Shown: one piece after another, positions 50,799 through 60,650 of the stretch
Position numbering within the stretch: position 1 is the first letter of the stretch
Layout of the letters: every line of letters begins with the position of its first letter
Assembly (NCBI GenBank): GCA_026004495.1
Contig: BPJG01000001.1
Coordinates: 560,527 to 624,526 of the forward strand
Length of the DNA: 64,000 nucleotides
From: Candidatus Parcubacteria bacterium
GTDB lineage: Bacteria > Patescibacteriota > Minisyncoccia > UBA6257 > HR35
Direction of reading: 5' to 3'
The notes under the pieces: model-generated
What the model saw: only the letters and a program-made list of their open reading frames with translations
Told to the model about the DNA's origin: nothing
Database searches by the model: none
Translations under genes and position numbers: made by a program

Positions 50799-51803
50799 AT
50801 GAAAGAACAATTAGATAATATTTTAAAAGAAGCTCAAGATTCATATTATCATATAAAAAATTTAAAAGATTTAGAAAATTTTAGAATAAAGTTTTTAGGT
50901 AGGAATGGTTTATTGGCTTCATTATCATCTAAATTTAAAGATTTTCCCTTAGAAGTTAGAAAAGAGATTGGTCAATATTTTAATTTTGTTAAAGAAGAAA
51001 TTAATAATTTATATTTATCTAAAAAAGAATTTTTAATTACTCAGAAAAAAATATTTTTCGATTTATCTCATCCAGGTGAAAAAATAGAAAAAGGTAGAAT
51101 TCATTTAATCAGTAAAGAAATTTTAAAGATAAAAAAAATATTTTCTAATTTAGGTTTTAATATCGAGGAGGGCAGAGAATTAGTGAGCGAAAAAGAAAAC
51201 TTTGATTTATTAAATATTCCCCCTAATCATCCTTCAAGAGATTTATGGGATACTTTTTGGATAAATAAAAAGGAATATTTATTAAGAACACACACATCTG
51301 CCCATCAAGTAGAATATTTATTAAAATATAAACCACCAGTAAAATTTATAGTTATAGGTAAGGTTTATCGCCATGAAGCAACAGATCAAAGACATGAGAT
51401 GCAATTTCATCAAATTGAGGGAGTTTCAGTAGGATTGCAGAGTAATCTTTCTGAATTAAAATCAGTTTTTCAGATATTTTTTGAAAATTATTTTAATAAA
51501 AAAATCGAAATAGTTTTTAGAAATTCGTATTTTCCTTTTACTGAACCTAGTTTAGAAGTTGATATCTCTTGTGTAATTTGTAAAGGAAAGGGATGTTCTC
51601 TATGCAAAAAATCTGGCTATTTAGAAATTGCTGGTGCTGGAATGATACATCCTTATGTTTTACAACAAGCAAAAATAAATATTAATAAATATTACGGTTA
51701 TGCTTTCGGTATAGGTTTAGAGAGAATTATAATGTTAAAATTTAACATCCCCGATGTTCGATTATTCCACTCTATGGATTTAAGATTCATTAACCAATTT
51801 TAA
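50799..51803 (+). CDS. pheS: phenylalanyl-tRNA synthetase alpha subunit
   Basis: Class II core with FHQIEGV and ...GAGMIHP..., C-terminal ...GIGLERI..., and pheT downstream. Confidence 0.85.
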   Translation: MKEQLDNILKEAQDSYYHIKNLKDLENFRIKFLGRNGLLASLSSKFKDFPLEVRKEIGQYFNFVKEEINNLYLSKKEFLITQKKIFFDLSHPGEKIEKGRIHLISKEILKIKKIFSNLGFNIEEGRELVSEKENFDLLNIPPNHPSRDLWDTFWINKKEYLLRTHTSAHQVEYLLKYKPPVKFIVIGKVYRHEATDQRHEMQFHQIEGVSVGLQSNLSELKSVFQIFFENYFNKKIEIVFRNSYFPFTEPSLEVDISCVICKGKGCSLCKKSGYLEIAGAGMIHPYVLQQAKININKYYGYAFGIGLERIIMLKFNIPDVRLFHSMDLRFINQF

Positions 51804-51813
51804 AAATTAAATA

Positions 51814-53823
51814 ATGAGATTTAGAATTAAAGACTTAAAAGAGTTTTTAGATTCTTCTAAAATTAACTGGCTAAAAATTGTTGAGACTTTAAATAAAAAA
51901 TCTTTTGAAAGTTATTTAAAAAAGGAATATTTAGAAGTAGAAATTTTGCCCAATAGATTTTCAGATAGTGGTAATATTAGAGGATTGGCTAAAGAAATTA
52001 GTTTGGTAAGTGATATTAGATTTAAAGATTTAAAATTTAAACTTCATAAGGTTAAAAATCAATCTAAAGAAAAATTAAAGTTAGAAATTAAAACAAAAGA
52101 ATTAGAATATTATTCTGGAAGATTAATTTTAGATATTGAAAATAAGCCATCTCCAAAATGGCTTAAAGATTTTCTTAATTTTTATAAAATTAACTCCATT
52201 AATTTTTTAGTTGATCTAAGCAATTATGTAATGATTAAAATTGGAGCACCTCTTCATATTTTTGATTTTGATAAAATTAATGATAAAAAAATAATAGTAC
52301 GTGATGCTAAGGAGGGGGAATCTTTTGTATCTTTAAAAAATAATAAATTTGTTCTTAGTCAAGACGATATAGTTATTAGTGATAATCAAAGAATTTTAGC
52401 ATTAGCAGGAATTCAAGGAGGTAAATATGCTGAAGTAGATTTAAAAACTAAAAATATATTCGTTGAATCAGCTGTTTTTAATAATTTTAATATTTATAGA
52501 ACTTCAAGGAAATTAAATTTAATAACTGATTCAAGCTATCGTTTTGAAAGAAGAGTAAGCATTAAAAATTCTCAATTAGCTTTAGATTATTTTTGTTATT
52601 TAGTTGAAAAAGAATTAAAAGGAAAAGTAATATTTGATGAATATATTTACCAACAAGAAAAAAAGAAGCCTGAATTTATTAATTTAAGATTAAATAATTT
52701 ATTTAATTATACTTCCTTAAATGTAAATCATAAAGATGTTTTGAGTATTTTAAAAAAATTAAATTGTAGAATTATCAAAGATAATAAAACAAGCCTAGTT
52801 ATTCAACCTCCTAATGATAGATTAGATTTAGCTTTAGAAGTAGATTTAATTGAAGAAATAATAAGACTTATTGGCTATGATTCAATAAATCCAACTTACC
52901 CACTTCAATTTAATTATCCTAAAGAAGATTTTTATTTGCTTTTCTATGATTATTTAAGAAATCTTTTGGCTCAACTTAATTTTACTGAAATTTTATCTTA
53001 TAGTTTTATAGATGATAATGATATAGTCAATTTTAAAAATTTATTTAAATTTAAACCAATAGAAATTGTTAATCCCAATAGTAATATTTATAAATTTTAT
53101 CGACCATTTATTTTTATTAATTTACTTAAAGGGGTGGCAAAAAATTTATCTTTTTATAACTGGTTAGAAAATAAAGAATTTAAATTTTTTGAGATAGGTA
53201 AAATTGCTTTTTATGAAAAAAATGAAATAAATGAACTTTCTAGTTTAGCTTTGGTTATTAGTTTAGATAATATAGAAAAAAATTATTTAAAAATTAAAGG
53301 ATTATTAAAGACACTTTTTGAAGATTTAGGAATAGAAAATTATCAATTTAATGTTTTAGAGCATAAAAATTATGAATTTGAATTTATTAGTGAAATTTTA
53401 ATAGATAACAAAAAGACTGGATACCTTTTAATGCCTACATATAATTTATTAAAAAAATATAATATAGAGCAGAGTGTAGTTATAGCTGAACTTAATCTTA
53501 ATTTTTTAATCAATAATTTCTTTAAAGAAAAAAGATTTAAGACTATATTTCAATTTCCAGCTATTTTTAGAGATGTTTCTTTAGTAGTACCCATATATTT
53601 TCGAACTAATGAATTAGAAAAAGAAATTCGTAATATATGTAGAGATATTTTAGAGAGATTAGAAATTATAGACATTTATTATATTAATGATCAGGAAAAA
53701 AGTATTACTTTTCATCTAGTTTTTAGAAATAAAAAGAAAACTTTAAGAGATGAAGAAATTAATGAATTAATGGATAATTTGATTAAATTTTTTAAAGATA
53801 AATTTAATATTAAATTAAGATAA
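51814..53823 (+). CDS. pheT: phenylalanyl-tRNA synthetase beta subunit (compact form, 669 aa)
   Basis: It immediately follows pheS, and has B3/B4 and B5 domains plus a class II-like C-terminal domain. It is shorter than the typical bacterial PheT of about 800 aa. Confidence 0.8.
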   Translation: MRFRIKDLKEFLDSSKINWLKIVETLNKKSFESYLKKEYLEVEILPNRFSDSGNIRGLAKEISLVSDIRFKDLKFKLHKVKNQSKEKLKLEIKTKELEYYSGRLILDIENKPSPKWLKDFLNFYKINSINFLVDLSNYVMIKIGAPLHIFDFDKINDKKIIVRDAKEGESFVSLKNNKFVLSQDDIVISDNQRILALAGIQGGKYAEVDLKTKNIFVESAVFNNFNIYRTSRKLNLITDSSYRFERRVSIKNSQLALDYFCYLVEKELKGKVIFDEYIYQQEKKKPEFINLRLNNLFNYTSLNVNHKDVLSILKKLNCRIIKDNKTSLVIQPPNDRLDLALEVDLIEEIIRLIGYDSINPTYPLQFNYPKEDFYLLFYDYLRNLLAQLNFTEILSYSFIDDNDIVNFKNLFKFKPIEIVNPNSNIYKFYRPFIFINLLKGVAKNLSFYNWLENKEFKFFEIGKIAFYEKNEINELSSLALVISLDNIEKNYLKIKGLLKTLFEDLGIENYQFNVLEHKNYEFEFISEILIDNKKTGYLLMPTYNLLKKYNIEQSVVIAELNLNFLINNFFKEKRFKTIFQFPAIFRDVSLVVPIYFRTNELEKEIRNICRDILERLEIIDIYYINDQEKSITFHLVFRNKKKTLRDEEINELMDNLIKFFKDKFNIKLR

Positions 53824-53901
53824 TAAAGTATTGAAATTAATTGATATTAATTTATAATATTAAAAAATACAACAATTAATATTTAAAAATTTTTTTTAAA
53901 A

Positions 53902-54096
53902 ATGACCTGTTATTTTTGTTCCCAAAATGCTAAAGAAATAAACTATCGAGATGTTGATATTCTAAAAAAATTTTTGAGTGCAGGAATGAAAATTAAACCC
54001 AGAAAAAAAACTGGAGTTTGTTCGAAACATCAAAGAAAATTAGCTAAAGCTATAAAGAGAGCAAGGCAAATGGCCCTTCTACCTTATCTTCCTTGA
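53902..54096 (+). CDS. rpsR: 30S ribosomal protein S18
   Basis: ...INYRDVDILKKFLSAGMKIKPRKKTGVCSKHQRKLAKAIKRARQMALLPY matches the S18 core. Confidence 0.8.
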   Translation: MTCYFCSQNAKEINYRDVDILKKFLSAGMKIKPRKKTGVCSKHQRKLAKAIKRARQMALLPYLP

Positions 54097-54114
54097 AGTA
54101 TATAATATCTTGAA

Positions 54115-55608
54115 ATGTTCAAATTAAATGATTTTTATAAAAACAAAATCGAATTTAATTTAAAACCTATTAGTAAAGTAAATAAAAACAACAATTGTAT
54201 TTTAATAATTCATGATAAAGATATATTTAAAACTGATGCTTATAATTTTTTGAATAATGAAACCAAAGATTTAATAAAAAAAACTTATAAATTTTTTAGC
54301 AATATTGATTTTTATTACGGTATCTATCCTAAACAAAATATTTGTTCAATTAAAGCTCAATTTAATGAATTTAAAAATATAAAAGAGATTGCCATTTTCG
54401 TTAGAAAAATTTTTAAATTTTTAAAAGAAAATAAAATTAATAATATTTCGATTTATTTAACTGATATTCCTAATTTTAAGAATTATTTTGAAATAATTAT
54501 TATTAATATTATTTTAAGTAACTTTGATTTTTCTTTATTTTACAAATCCAAGAAAAATAATTTTTTAAATTTTCAAATAGATTTTTTTGCTCCTCAAAAA
54601 GATTTAAATGATTTAAAAAAAATATTAAAAAATTCAATAATAATTGCTGAAGAAATAAATCGAGCAAGATTTTTATCCAATTTATCAGGTGGAGATTTAA
54701 CTCCATCAATAATTATTGATATTATTAAAGAGATTAATAAAGAACTTAATCTTAAATTAAAAATTTTAGGCGAAAGAGAATTAAAAAAAATAGGAGCTGG
54801 AGGAATTTTAGGTGTTTCTCGTGGCTCTAATGAAAAACCTTATTTAGTTATTTTAGAAAATTTTAATAAGGGAAAGGAAATTCATTTTATAGGTAAGGGA
54901 ATAACTTTTGATACTGGTGGGCTTCATATTAAGCCAGCTGAAGCTATGAATGAAATGCATTTAGATATGTCGGGAGCAGCATCTGTTTTATCTGCTACAT
55001 CTATAATTAGTAAATTGAATATAAAAATAAATTTAAAAACTTTAATTCCTTTAGCTGAAAATATGATTTCTGGATCTAGTTATAGACCTGGTGATATTTT
55101 AAAAACTATATCTGGCAAAACAATTGAAATTGGTTCGCCCGATGCCGAAGGTAGAATAATCTTAGCTGATGCCATAGATTATGGTAAAAAATTTTATAAA
55201 CCAAATTTAATAATCACCTTAGCTACCTTAACAGGAGCTTCGATGGTTGCTTTAGGTAATAAAGCAGCGGCATTATTCTCTAATAACGAAAAATTACAAA
55301 ATTTATTTATGGATTTAAATAAAAAAACTTGGGATACATTATGGCCATTACCATTATGGGAAGAATATTTAAAAGATATCGAAGCACCATTTGCTGATAT
55401 TTGGAACATAGGAAAATCTAAATGGGGTGGAGCAATACACGGAGCAATATTTTTATGGGAATTTGCTAAGCCCATTGATCTAGTTCATATTGATATGGCA
55501 CCTCGAATTACTGCCAATGAAAGTGATTATCTATCTAAGGGTTCATTAGGCTTTGGAGTTCATTTGCTAAAAGAATTTGCTCAATTTTTAGAAATCAATA
55601 AAATTTAA
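54115..55608 (+). CDS. pepA: leucyl aminopeptidase (peptidase M17)
   Basis: M17 signature NTDAEGRL appears as GSPDAEGRIILADA. Metal-binding K/D/E residues are in the context ...GKGITFDTGG... and ...HLDMSGAA... Confidence 0.75.
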   Translation: MFKLNDFYKNKIEFNLKPISKVNKNNNCILIIHDKDIFKTDAYNFLNNETKDLIKKTYKFFSNIDFYYGIYPKQNICSIKAQFNEFKNIKEIAIFVRKIFKFLKENKINNISIYLTDIPNFKNYFEIIIINIILSNFDFSLFYKSKKNNFLNFQIDFFAPQKDLNDLKKILKNSIIIAEEINRARFLSNLSGGDLTPSIIIDIIKEINKELNLKLKILGERELKKIGAGGILGVSRGSNEKPYLVILENFNKGKEIHFIGKGITFDTGGLHIKPAEAMNEMHLDMSGAASVLSATSIISKLNIKINLKTLIPLAENMISGSSYRPGDILKTISGKTIEIGSPDAEGRIILADAIDYGKKFYKPNLIITLATLTGASMVALGNKAAALFSNNEKLQNLFMDLNKKTWDTLWPLPLWEEYLKDIEAPFADIWNIGKSKWGGAIHGAIFLWEFAKPIDLVHIDMAPRITANESDYLSKGSLGFGVHLLKEFAQFLEINKI

Positions 55609-56537
55609 TGTTAATTTTAGAAAGGGTATCTCTTAAAAAATTTACTACATTCAAAATTGGTGGAGAAGCTAAATTTTTTACAATCGTTAATAATTTAAAA
55701 GAATTAGAACAAATAATAAATTTCTTAGAGAATAATAAAATTAAATTTTTTATTTTAGGTGGAGGAAGTAATATATTATTTAGCGATAAAGGATTTGATG
55801 GTTTGATTATAAAACCTAAATTTGAAACATTTAATTTTTTAGAAAATGGTGAAGTAATTATCGGTTCAAGTAGATTAATGCCTGAAATTGTTTATGAAGC
55901 TTGTCGCTTAGGTTATCAAGGGTTAGAATGGGCAGGAGGATTACCTGGTGAATTAGGTGGGGCAATAAGAGGAAATGCTGGTTGTTTTGGTTCCGAAATT
56001 AAGGATATAATTAAAGAAGTATTATCGGTTAATTTATTGAATAAAGAAATAAGAATATTTAAAAAAGAAGAGTGTCAATTTTCTTATCGCTCTTCTTTTT
56101 TTAAATTTAACAAAGAATGGTTAATCATTGAAGCTAAAATAAATCTAAAAACTAATAATGAATCAAATATTTTATTAAAAATTATGAATGAAAAAATAGA
56201 ATATAGGAAAAATAGACATCCAGTTGAATTTCCTAATGCAGGAAGTATTTTTAAAAATATTCCAATTGATTCAGCATCTCCTGATTTAATAGAAATTGCA
56301 AAGAAGAAAAATGTTATTAAAGGAGATAAAATACCTACTGCCTTTATAATAGAATATTTGGGATTAAAAGGAAAAGAAATTGGTGGAGCAAAAATCTCTG
56401 AAAAGCATGCAAACTATATTATTAATTTTAACAATGCATCATCACAAGATGTTTTAGATTTAATTGATTTAGTAAAAGATGAAGTTCAAAAAAAATTTAA
56501 TCTAAAATTAATCGAAGAAATTGAAATTGTAAATTAA
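55608..56537 (+). CDS. murB: UDP-N-acetylenolpyruvoylglucosamine reductase MurB
   Basis: FAD-binding N-terminus ...FTTFKIGGEAKFF...ILGGGSNILF... and ...GLEWAGGLPG... Confidence 0.8.
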   Translation: MLILERVSLKKFTTFKIGGEAKFFTIVNNLKELEQIINFLENNKIKFFILGGGSNILFSDKGFDGLIIKPKFETFNFLENGEVIIGSSRLMPEIVYEACRLGYQGLEWAGGLPGELGGAIRGNAGCFGSEIKDIIKEVLSVNLLNKEIRIFKKEECQFSYRSSFFKFNKEWLIIEAKINLKTNNESNILLKIMNEKIEYRKNRHPVEFPNAGSIFKNIPIDSASPDLIEIAKKKNVIKGDKIPTAFIIEYLGLKGKEIGGAKISEKHANYIINFNNASSQDVLDLIDLVKDEVQKKFNLKLIEEIEIVN

Positions 56538-56699
56538 TTATCCACATTTTTTACTTAATATAAAAAAAATTTTATATAATAATTTTTATATAATTTAAAA
56601 TGAAAAATAAAAAATATTAAAAAAATTTTTTGAATAATAAATCGGATTGGTCGGTCCGATTTAAAAAATTAATGGCTAGAAAAAAACGGATTTAAATAA

Positions 56700-56768
56700 A
56701 TGGCTACAAAGAAATCATCTAAATCATCTAAGTCAGCTAAACCAGCTAAATCAAAGAAAAAAAGATAA
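56700..56768 (+). CDS. possible 22-aa Lys/Ser-rich micro-ORF (MATKKSSKSSKSAKPAKSKKKR)
   Basis: ATG-to-TAA ORF followed 32 nt later by a strong terminator. There is no SD and it may be non-coding. Confidence 0.2.
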   Translation: MATKKSSKSSKSAKPAKSKKKR

Positions 56769-56800
56769 AATAGTTTTAGTTATATAAAGATAAAAAATTA

Positions 56801-56841
56801 AACAAACTCCTAGGTTTAATCCTAGGAGTTTGTTTTTTTTA
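56801..56841 (+). terminator. rho-independent terminator (14-bp perfect stem AACAAACTCCTAGG/CCTAGGAGTTTGTT, then a T8 run)
   Basis: Perfect inverted repeat with a 6-nt loop followed by TTTTTTTT. Confidence 0.65.
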
Positions 56842-57000
56842 TTTGTTTTTAATTTTAATATAACCTTAAATTTTTTTATATTTTAAAAAAATTATTTATC
56901 ATAAAAATTTGTTAATAATTAGTGGATAAATATCTAAAAATATATTATTTAACTATATTTTTTGATATTAGTTTTTATTTTTAATTTTTGTTTTTAATTT

Positions 57001-57070
57001 TAGTGGTATAAAATGGTAAATAATTAATATTAAGTGGTAAATTGTGGATAATTATGTGGAAAAAGTGGAT
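57001..57070 (+). promoter_or_regulatory. array of 10-11-bp-phased direct GTGG(A/T)(A/T)AA repeats immediately upstream of mraZ (MraZ-operator-like), which also match the DnaA box TGTGGATAA
   Basis: GTGG or ATGG at 57003, 57013, 57034, 57044, 57056 and 57065. TGTGGATAA at 57043-57051 is the reverse complement of a perfect TTATCCACA. Confidence 0.5.
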
Positions 57071-57072
57071 AA

Positions 57073-57504
57073 ATGTTATTAGGTGAATTTAAACACAATT
57101 TAGATAATAAAGGCAGAATATCAATTCCAGCTAAATTTAGGAATAAATTTTCGGAAGGAATAGTAATAACTAGAGGAATTGATAATTGTTTATTTGGTTT
57201 CACTAAAGAAGAGTGGGATAAAGTGGCAAATAAATTAATAAATCTTCCTATAAGTCAATCAACTGCAAGAGCTTTTTCAAGACTTATTCTTTCTGGAGCA
57301 TTTGAAACCGAAATAGATTCTCAAGGAAGAATATTAATTCCAGAAACCTTAAGAAAATATGCCAATTTGGTTAAAAAAGTAGTAATCGTAGGTATTTATT
57401 CAAGAATTGAATTTTGGAATGAAAGTAATTGGGAAAATTATAAAAAACAATCAGAAGAAAATTCCCAAGAAATTGCCGAAAGATTATCAGATTTAGGAAT
57501 ATGA
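57073..57504 (+). CDS. mraZ: division/cell-wall cluster transcriptional regulator MraZ
   Basis: MLLGEFKHNLDNKGRISIPAKFR..., with two SpoVT/AbrB-like repeats. Confidence 0.9.
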   Translation: MLLGEFKHNLDNKGRISIPAKFRNKFSEGIVITRGIDNCLFGFTKEEWDKVANKLINLPISQSTARAFSRLILSGAFETEIDSQGRILIPETLRKYANLVKKVVIVGIYSRIEFWNESNWENYKKQSEENSQEIAERLSDLGI

Positions 57505-58379
57505 TTCATAAGCCAGTTCTCTTAAAAGAAGTTATTTATTATCTTAAACCATTAAAAAACGAAAATTTTATTGATGCCACTTTTGGTTTCGGCGGACATT
57601 CATTTGAACTAATAAAATATATAAAACCAAAAGGAAAAATTTTAGCTTTAGAATGGGATCCCTACTTGGTCGAAATTATTAAATCTAAAATTATGAAAGA
57701 GAAAAATATTACTCTTAAAAATAAAAACTTTAAATATATAAAAAAAGTCGTTAAAGAAGAAAAAATTACAAATATTAAAGGCGTTATTTTTGATTTAGGA
57801 ATTTCAAATTGGCACTATAAAAATTCTAGTCGTGGTTTTTCCTTTGAAGACAATAATAGTTTAGATATGAGAATTAATCCTTATGAAATAAAATTAACGG
57901 CCTTTGAAGTAATTAATTATTTTTCTCAAAATAAATTGGTTGAAATTTTTTCAAAATATGGAGAAGAAAAAAGAGCAAATATTATAGCCGAGGAAATTGT
58001 TAAAAAAAGAAAAGAGAAAAAAATAAAATCAGCTTACGAATTATCTAAAATTATTTCTAATTTAAGAATTAAGAAAAGGTCAAAACTCAATCCAGCTACT
58101 AAAATTTTTATGTCTCTAAGAATGTTTATCAATCAGGAATTAGAGAATTTAGAAATAGGATTAAATGAAGCATATGAAGTGATTGTAAAAGGAGGAAGAA
58201 TTGCTATTATTACTTTTAATGGCTTGGAAGATAGGGTAGTTAAAAAAGTTTTTAAAAGTTTAAAAACAAAAGGAGCAATTATGATTACTAAAAATGTTGT
58301 TAAACCAAAATTTAAGGAAATAAAAGAAAATTCCTCTGCTCGTTCGGCGAAATTAAGAGTAATTGAAAAAAATGAATAA
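57501..58379 (+). CDS. rsmH: 16S rRNA (cytosine1402-N4)-methyltransferase RsmH (MraW)
   Basis: HKPVLLKEVIYYL...DATFGFGGHS... Confidence 0.9.
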   Translation: MIHKPVLLKEVIYYLKPLKNENFIDATFGFGGHSFELIKYIKPKGKILALEWDPYLVEIIKSKIMKEKNITLKNKNFKYIKKVVKEEKITNIKGVIFDLGISNWHYKNSSRGFSFEDNNSLDMRINPYEIKLTAFEVINYFSQNKLVEIFSKYGEEKRANIIAEEIVKKRKEKKIKSAYELSKIISNLRIKKRSKLNPATKIFMSLRMFINQELENLEIGLNEAYEVIVKGGRIAIITFNGLEDRVVKKVFKSLKTKGAIMITKNVVKPKFKEIKENSSARSAKLRVIEKNE

Positions 58380-58710
58380 AAGAAAAATTAAAGATATTAA
58401 ATTCAAAAAATATAAAAAAAGAAATCCGTTTTTTCACTGGCCATTAATTTTATTACTGTTTGTTGTTATAGAAGTTATGTTGCTTATTCAAGAAAGAGCC
58501 TGGTCTCAAAATTATGTTGAAATTATAGATAATTTACGAGACCAGGCTGAAATTCTTTCTTTAGAAAATCAAAAAATGTTCAATAATTTGTTCAATTTTT
58601 ATAATCTGGTATTATCTATGGATAATAATGAAAGTTATCCATATTTAGTTAAAGCCAAAAGAGAATTTTTTAATGCATTTAATAAATTTTCTTTTATAAA
58701 AAATCATTAG
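58372..58710 (+). CDS. ftsL: FtsL/DivIC-like septal membrane protein
   Basis: Basic N-terminus, a single TM helix, and an extracytoplasmic coiled coil. It sits between rsmH and ftsI. ATG at 58372 is preferred; the track's TTG is at 58363. Confidence 0.5.
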   Translation: MNKRKIKDIKFKKYKKRNPFFHWPLILLLFVVIEVMLLIQERAWSQNYVEIIDNLRDQAEILSLENQKMFNNLFNFYNLVLSMDNNESYPYLVKAKREFFNAFNKFSFIKNH

Positions 58711-58711
58711 C

Positions 58712-60382
58712 TTGATAATGAAAGGCAATAAAAATATTGGCTTTACTATTTTAGTTTACTTCAATTTATTTATCTGGTTAATACCAATTTATTATCTAGT
58801 AAAATTACAATTAGTTAAAGCTGAAGATTACAAAAATAAAATTTCTAGTTTTGAAAAAAATAAAATTATAGTTGCACCTCGAGGTAAAATTTATGTTAAA
58901 GATAAAAATAATAATCTATATTTAATTGCTGATAATAAAAAATTGTATGACATTTATTTTAATCCTAAATTAAGTAAAAACATAGAAAAAGAACTTACTA
59001 TTATATCTAATATAATAGGAGAAGATATAAATAAACAAGAAATCAAAGGTAATTCATCTTTTATTATTGTGAAAAATACTGAAAAAAATATCTTAGATAA
59101 AATTTTAGCCTTAAGATTAGATTCAGTTTTTTATGAAGAAAAATATATTAGATTCTATCCTGAAAATGATTTTTTGAGCACTATATTAGGTTTTGCTAAA
59201 TTAAATGAAGATAATTTTCTAGTTGGAGAATATGGTTTGGAAAAATATTATAATGATATTTTGAAGGGAGAAAATGGTATATATTATGGAATAAAAAAAA
59301 TTCAACCCGAAATACCGGGCAATGATTTAATTTTAAATATCGATTATTTTATACAAAAATACAGCGAGAAGATTTTAGCAGAAGGAATAAAAAAATATAA
59401 AGCTGAAGGAGGGCTTATTATTGTTACTACTAATGATGGTAAAATTATAGCCTTAGCTGAAGAACCAAGATATGATTTAAATAATTTTAACAAAGTTGAT
59501 GATATAAAAATTTTTTTAAGTAAAGCTGGGCAAAATTACGAACCTGGTTCAGTAATGAAAACTTTCACTTATTTTATTGGCTTAGATAAAAAAGTATTTA
59601 CTCCTAAAGATGAATATAATGATTTAGGTTATTTAAATGCTAATAATTGGACGATTTATAATTTTGATAAGAAAGGAAGAGGAAAAGTTAGTTTTGAATA
59701 TGCCTTTGAAAAATCTTTGAATACTGGTTCTGCTCATATTCAAAGATTAATAGGTAATTATAATTTTTTATCTTATCTTAAAAGATTTAAATTTGATAAA
59801 AAACCATTCGTCGATTTTCCCCATATTTATGAAGGCAATATTAAAAATTTAGAAAAATCATCTAAAGATTTAAGAGATATTAATTTTTTAACAGCAAGCT
59901 ATGGTCATGGTATAAGTTTATCTCCCTTTCATTTAATTCAAGCTTTTTCATTGATTGTTAATGATGGTAAAATGTATAATCTAAGATTTTTAGATAAAAT
60001 TAATTATTTTGGTATTAAAGAAAAAATTATCAAAGCAAAAATTTTAGATAATTTTGGAGATTCAAATTCCTTTAAAAATATTAAAGATTTACTTGAAAAG
60101 GTAACCCTAAATGGAAGTGGCAAATATGCCTTAACAGAAGGTTATAGAGTCGGAGGTAAAACGGGTTCTGCTTTTATCCCTAAAATTAATGAACCAGGTT
60201 ATAGTGATGATATAATTAATACTTATTTAGCCACATTTCCTTTATCTAATCCTCAATTTATAATTTTAGTAAGAATAGATAAACCTTATCAAGGCTTAGC
60301 AATGGTTACAACTGTTCCTTTAGCTAAAAAAATTATCGATTATTTAATTGATTATTATCAAATTCAACCTGATAATTTATAA
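58712..60382 (+). CDS. ftsI: penicillin-binding protein 2/FtsI-type transpeptidase
   Basis: N-terminal TM anchor, a dimerisation domain, and transpeptidase motifs SVMK (SxxK), SLN (SxN) and KTGS (KTG). Confidence 0.8.
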   Translation: MIMKGNKNIGFTILVYFNLFIWLIPIYYLVKLQLVKAEDYKNKISSFEKNKIIVAPRGKIYVKDKNNNLYLIADNKKLYDIYFNPKLSKNIEKELTIISNIIGEDINKQEIKGNSSFIIVKNTEKNILDKILALRLDSVFYEEKYIRFYPENDFLSTILGFAKLNEDNFLVGEYGLEKYYNDILKGENGIYYGIKKIQPEIPGNDLILNIDYFIQKYSEKILAEGIKKYKAEGGLIIVTTNDGKIIALAEEPRYDLNNFNKVDDIKIFLSKAGQNYEPGSVMKTFTYFIGLDKKVFTPKDEYNDLGYLNANNWTIYNFDKKGRGKVSFEYAFEKSLNTGSAHIQRLIGNYNFLSYLKRFKFDKKPFVDFPHIYEGNIKNLEKSSKDLRDINFLTASYGHGISLSPFHLIQAFSLIVNDGKMYNLRFLDKINYFGIKEKIIKAKILDNFGDSNSFKNIKDLLEKVTLNGSGKYALTEGYRVGGKTGSAFIPKINEPGYSDDIINTYLATFPLSNPQFIILVRIDKPYQGLAMVTTVPLAKKIIDYLIDYYQIQPDNL

Positions 60383-60389
60383 TAATTTT

Positions 60390-60608
60390 ATGTTATCGAA
60401 AATTAAAATTATTTATGAAAAATTAGCTGAATGGGGAGTAATTATATTTGTTGGCTTGATATTTATAGCTATTTTATTATATTTTCTAAATTATTTTAAT
60501 AACTTACAGCTTTTATGGATAGTAATATTTGTAGTTCTTGGGTGGTTGATATATATTTATCGCTATCTTGAAGAAGAACATTTTAATAAAAAAGAAAATA
60601 ATAATTGA
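60390..60608 (+). CDS. hypothetical small two-TM membrane protein
   Basis: ATG at 60390, 8 nt after the ftsI stop, encoding MLSKIKIIYEKLAEWGVIIFVGLIFIAILLYFLNYFNNLQLLWIVIFVVLGWLIYIYRY... Confidence 0.3.
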   Translation: MLSKIKIIYEKLAEWGVIIFVGLIFIAILLYFLNYFNNLQLLWIVIFVVLGWLIYIYRYLEEEHFNKKENNN

Positions 60609-60650
60609 CTAGATTATATTTTATTTAGATAGTTAACTTTATTTTATTTA

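Noticed and set aside
56538-57072. Chromosomal origin (oriC) call based on DnaA boxes
   Set aside because: dnaA and dnaN are not adjacent. The boxes are part of a phased direct-repeat array abutting mraZ, which is better explained as an MraZ operator. The possibility is kept only as an alternative in the findings.
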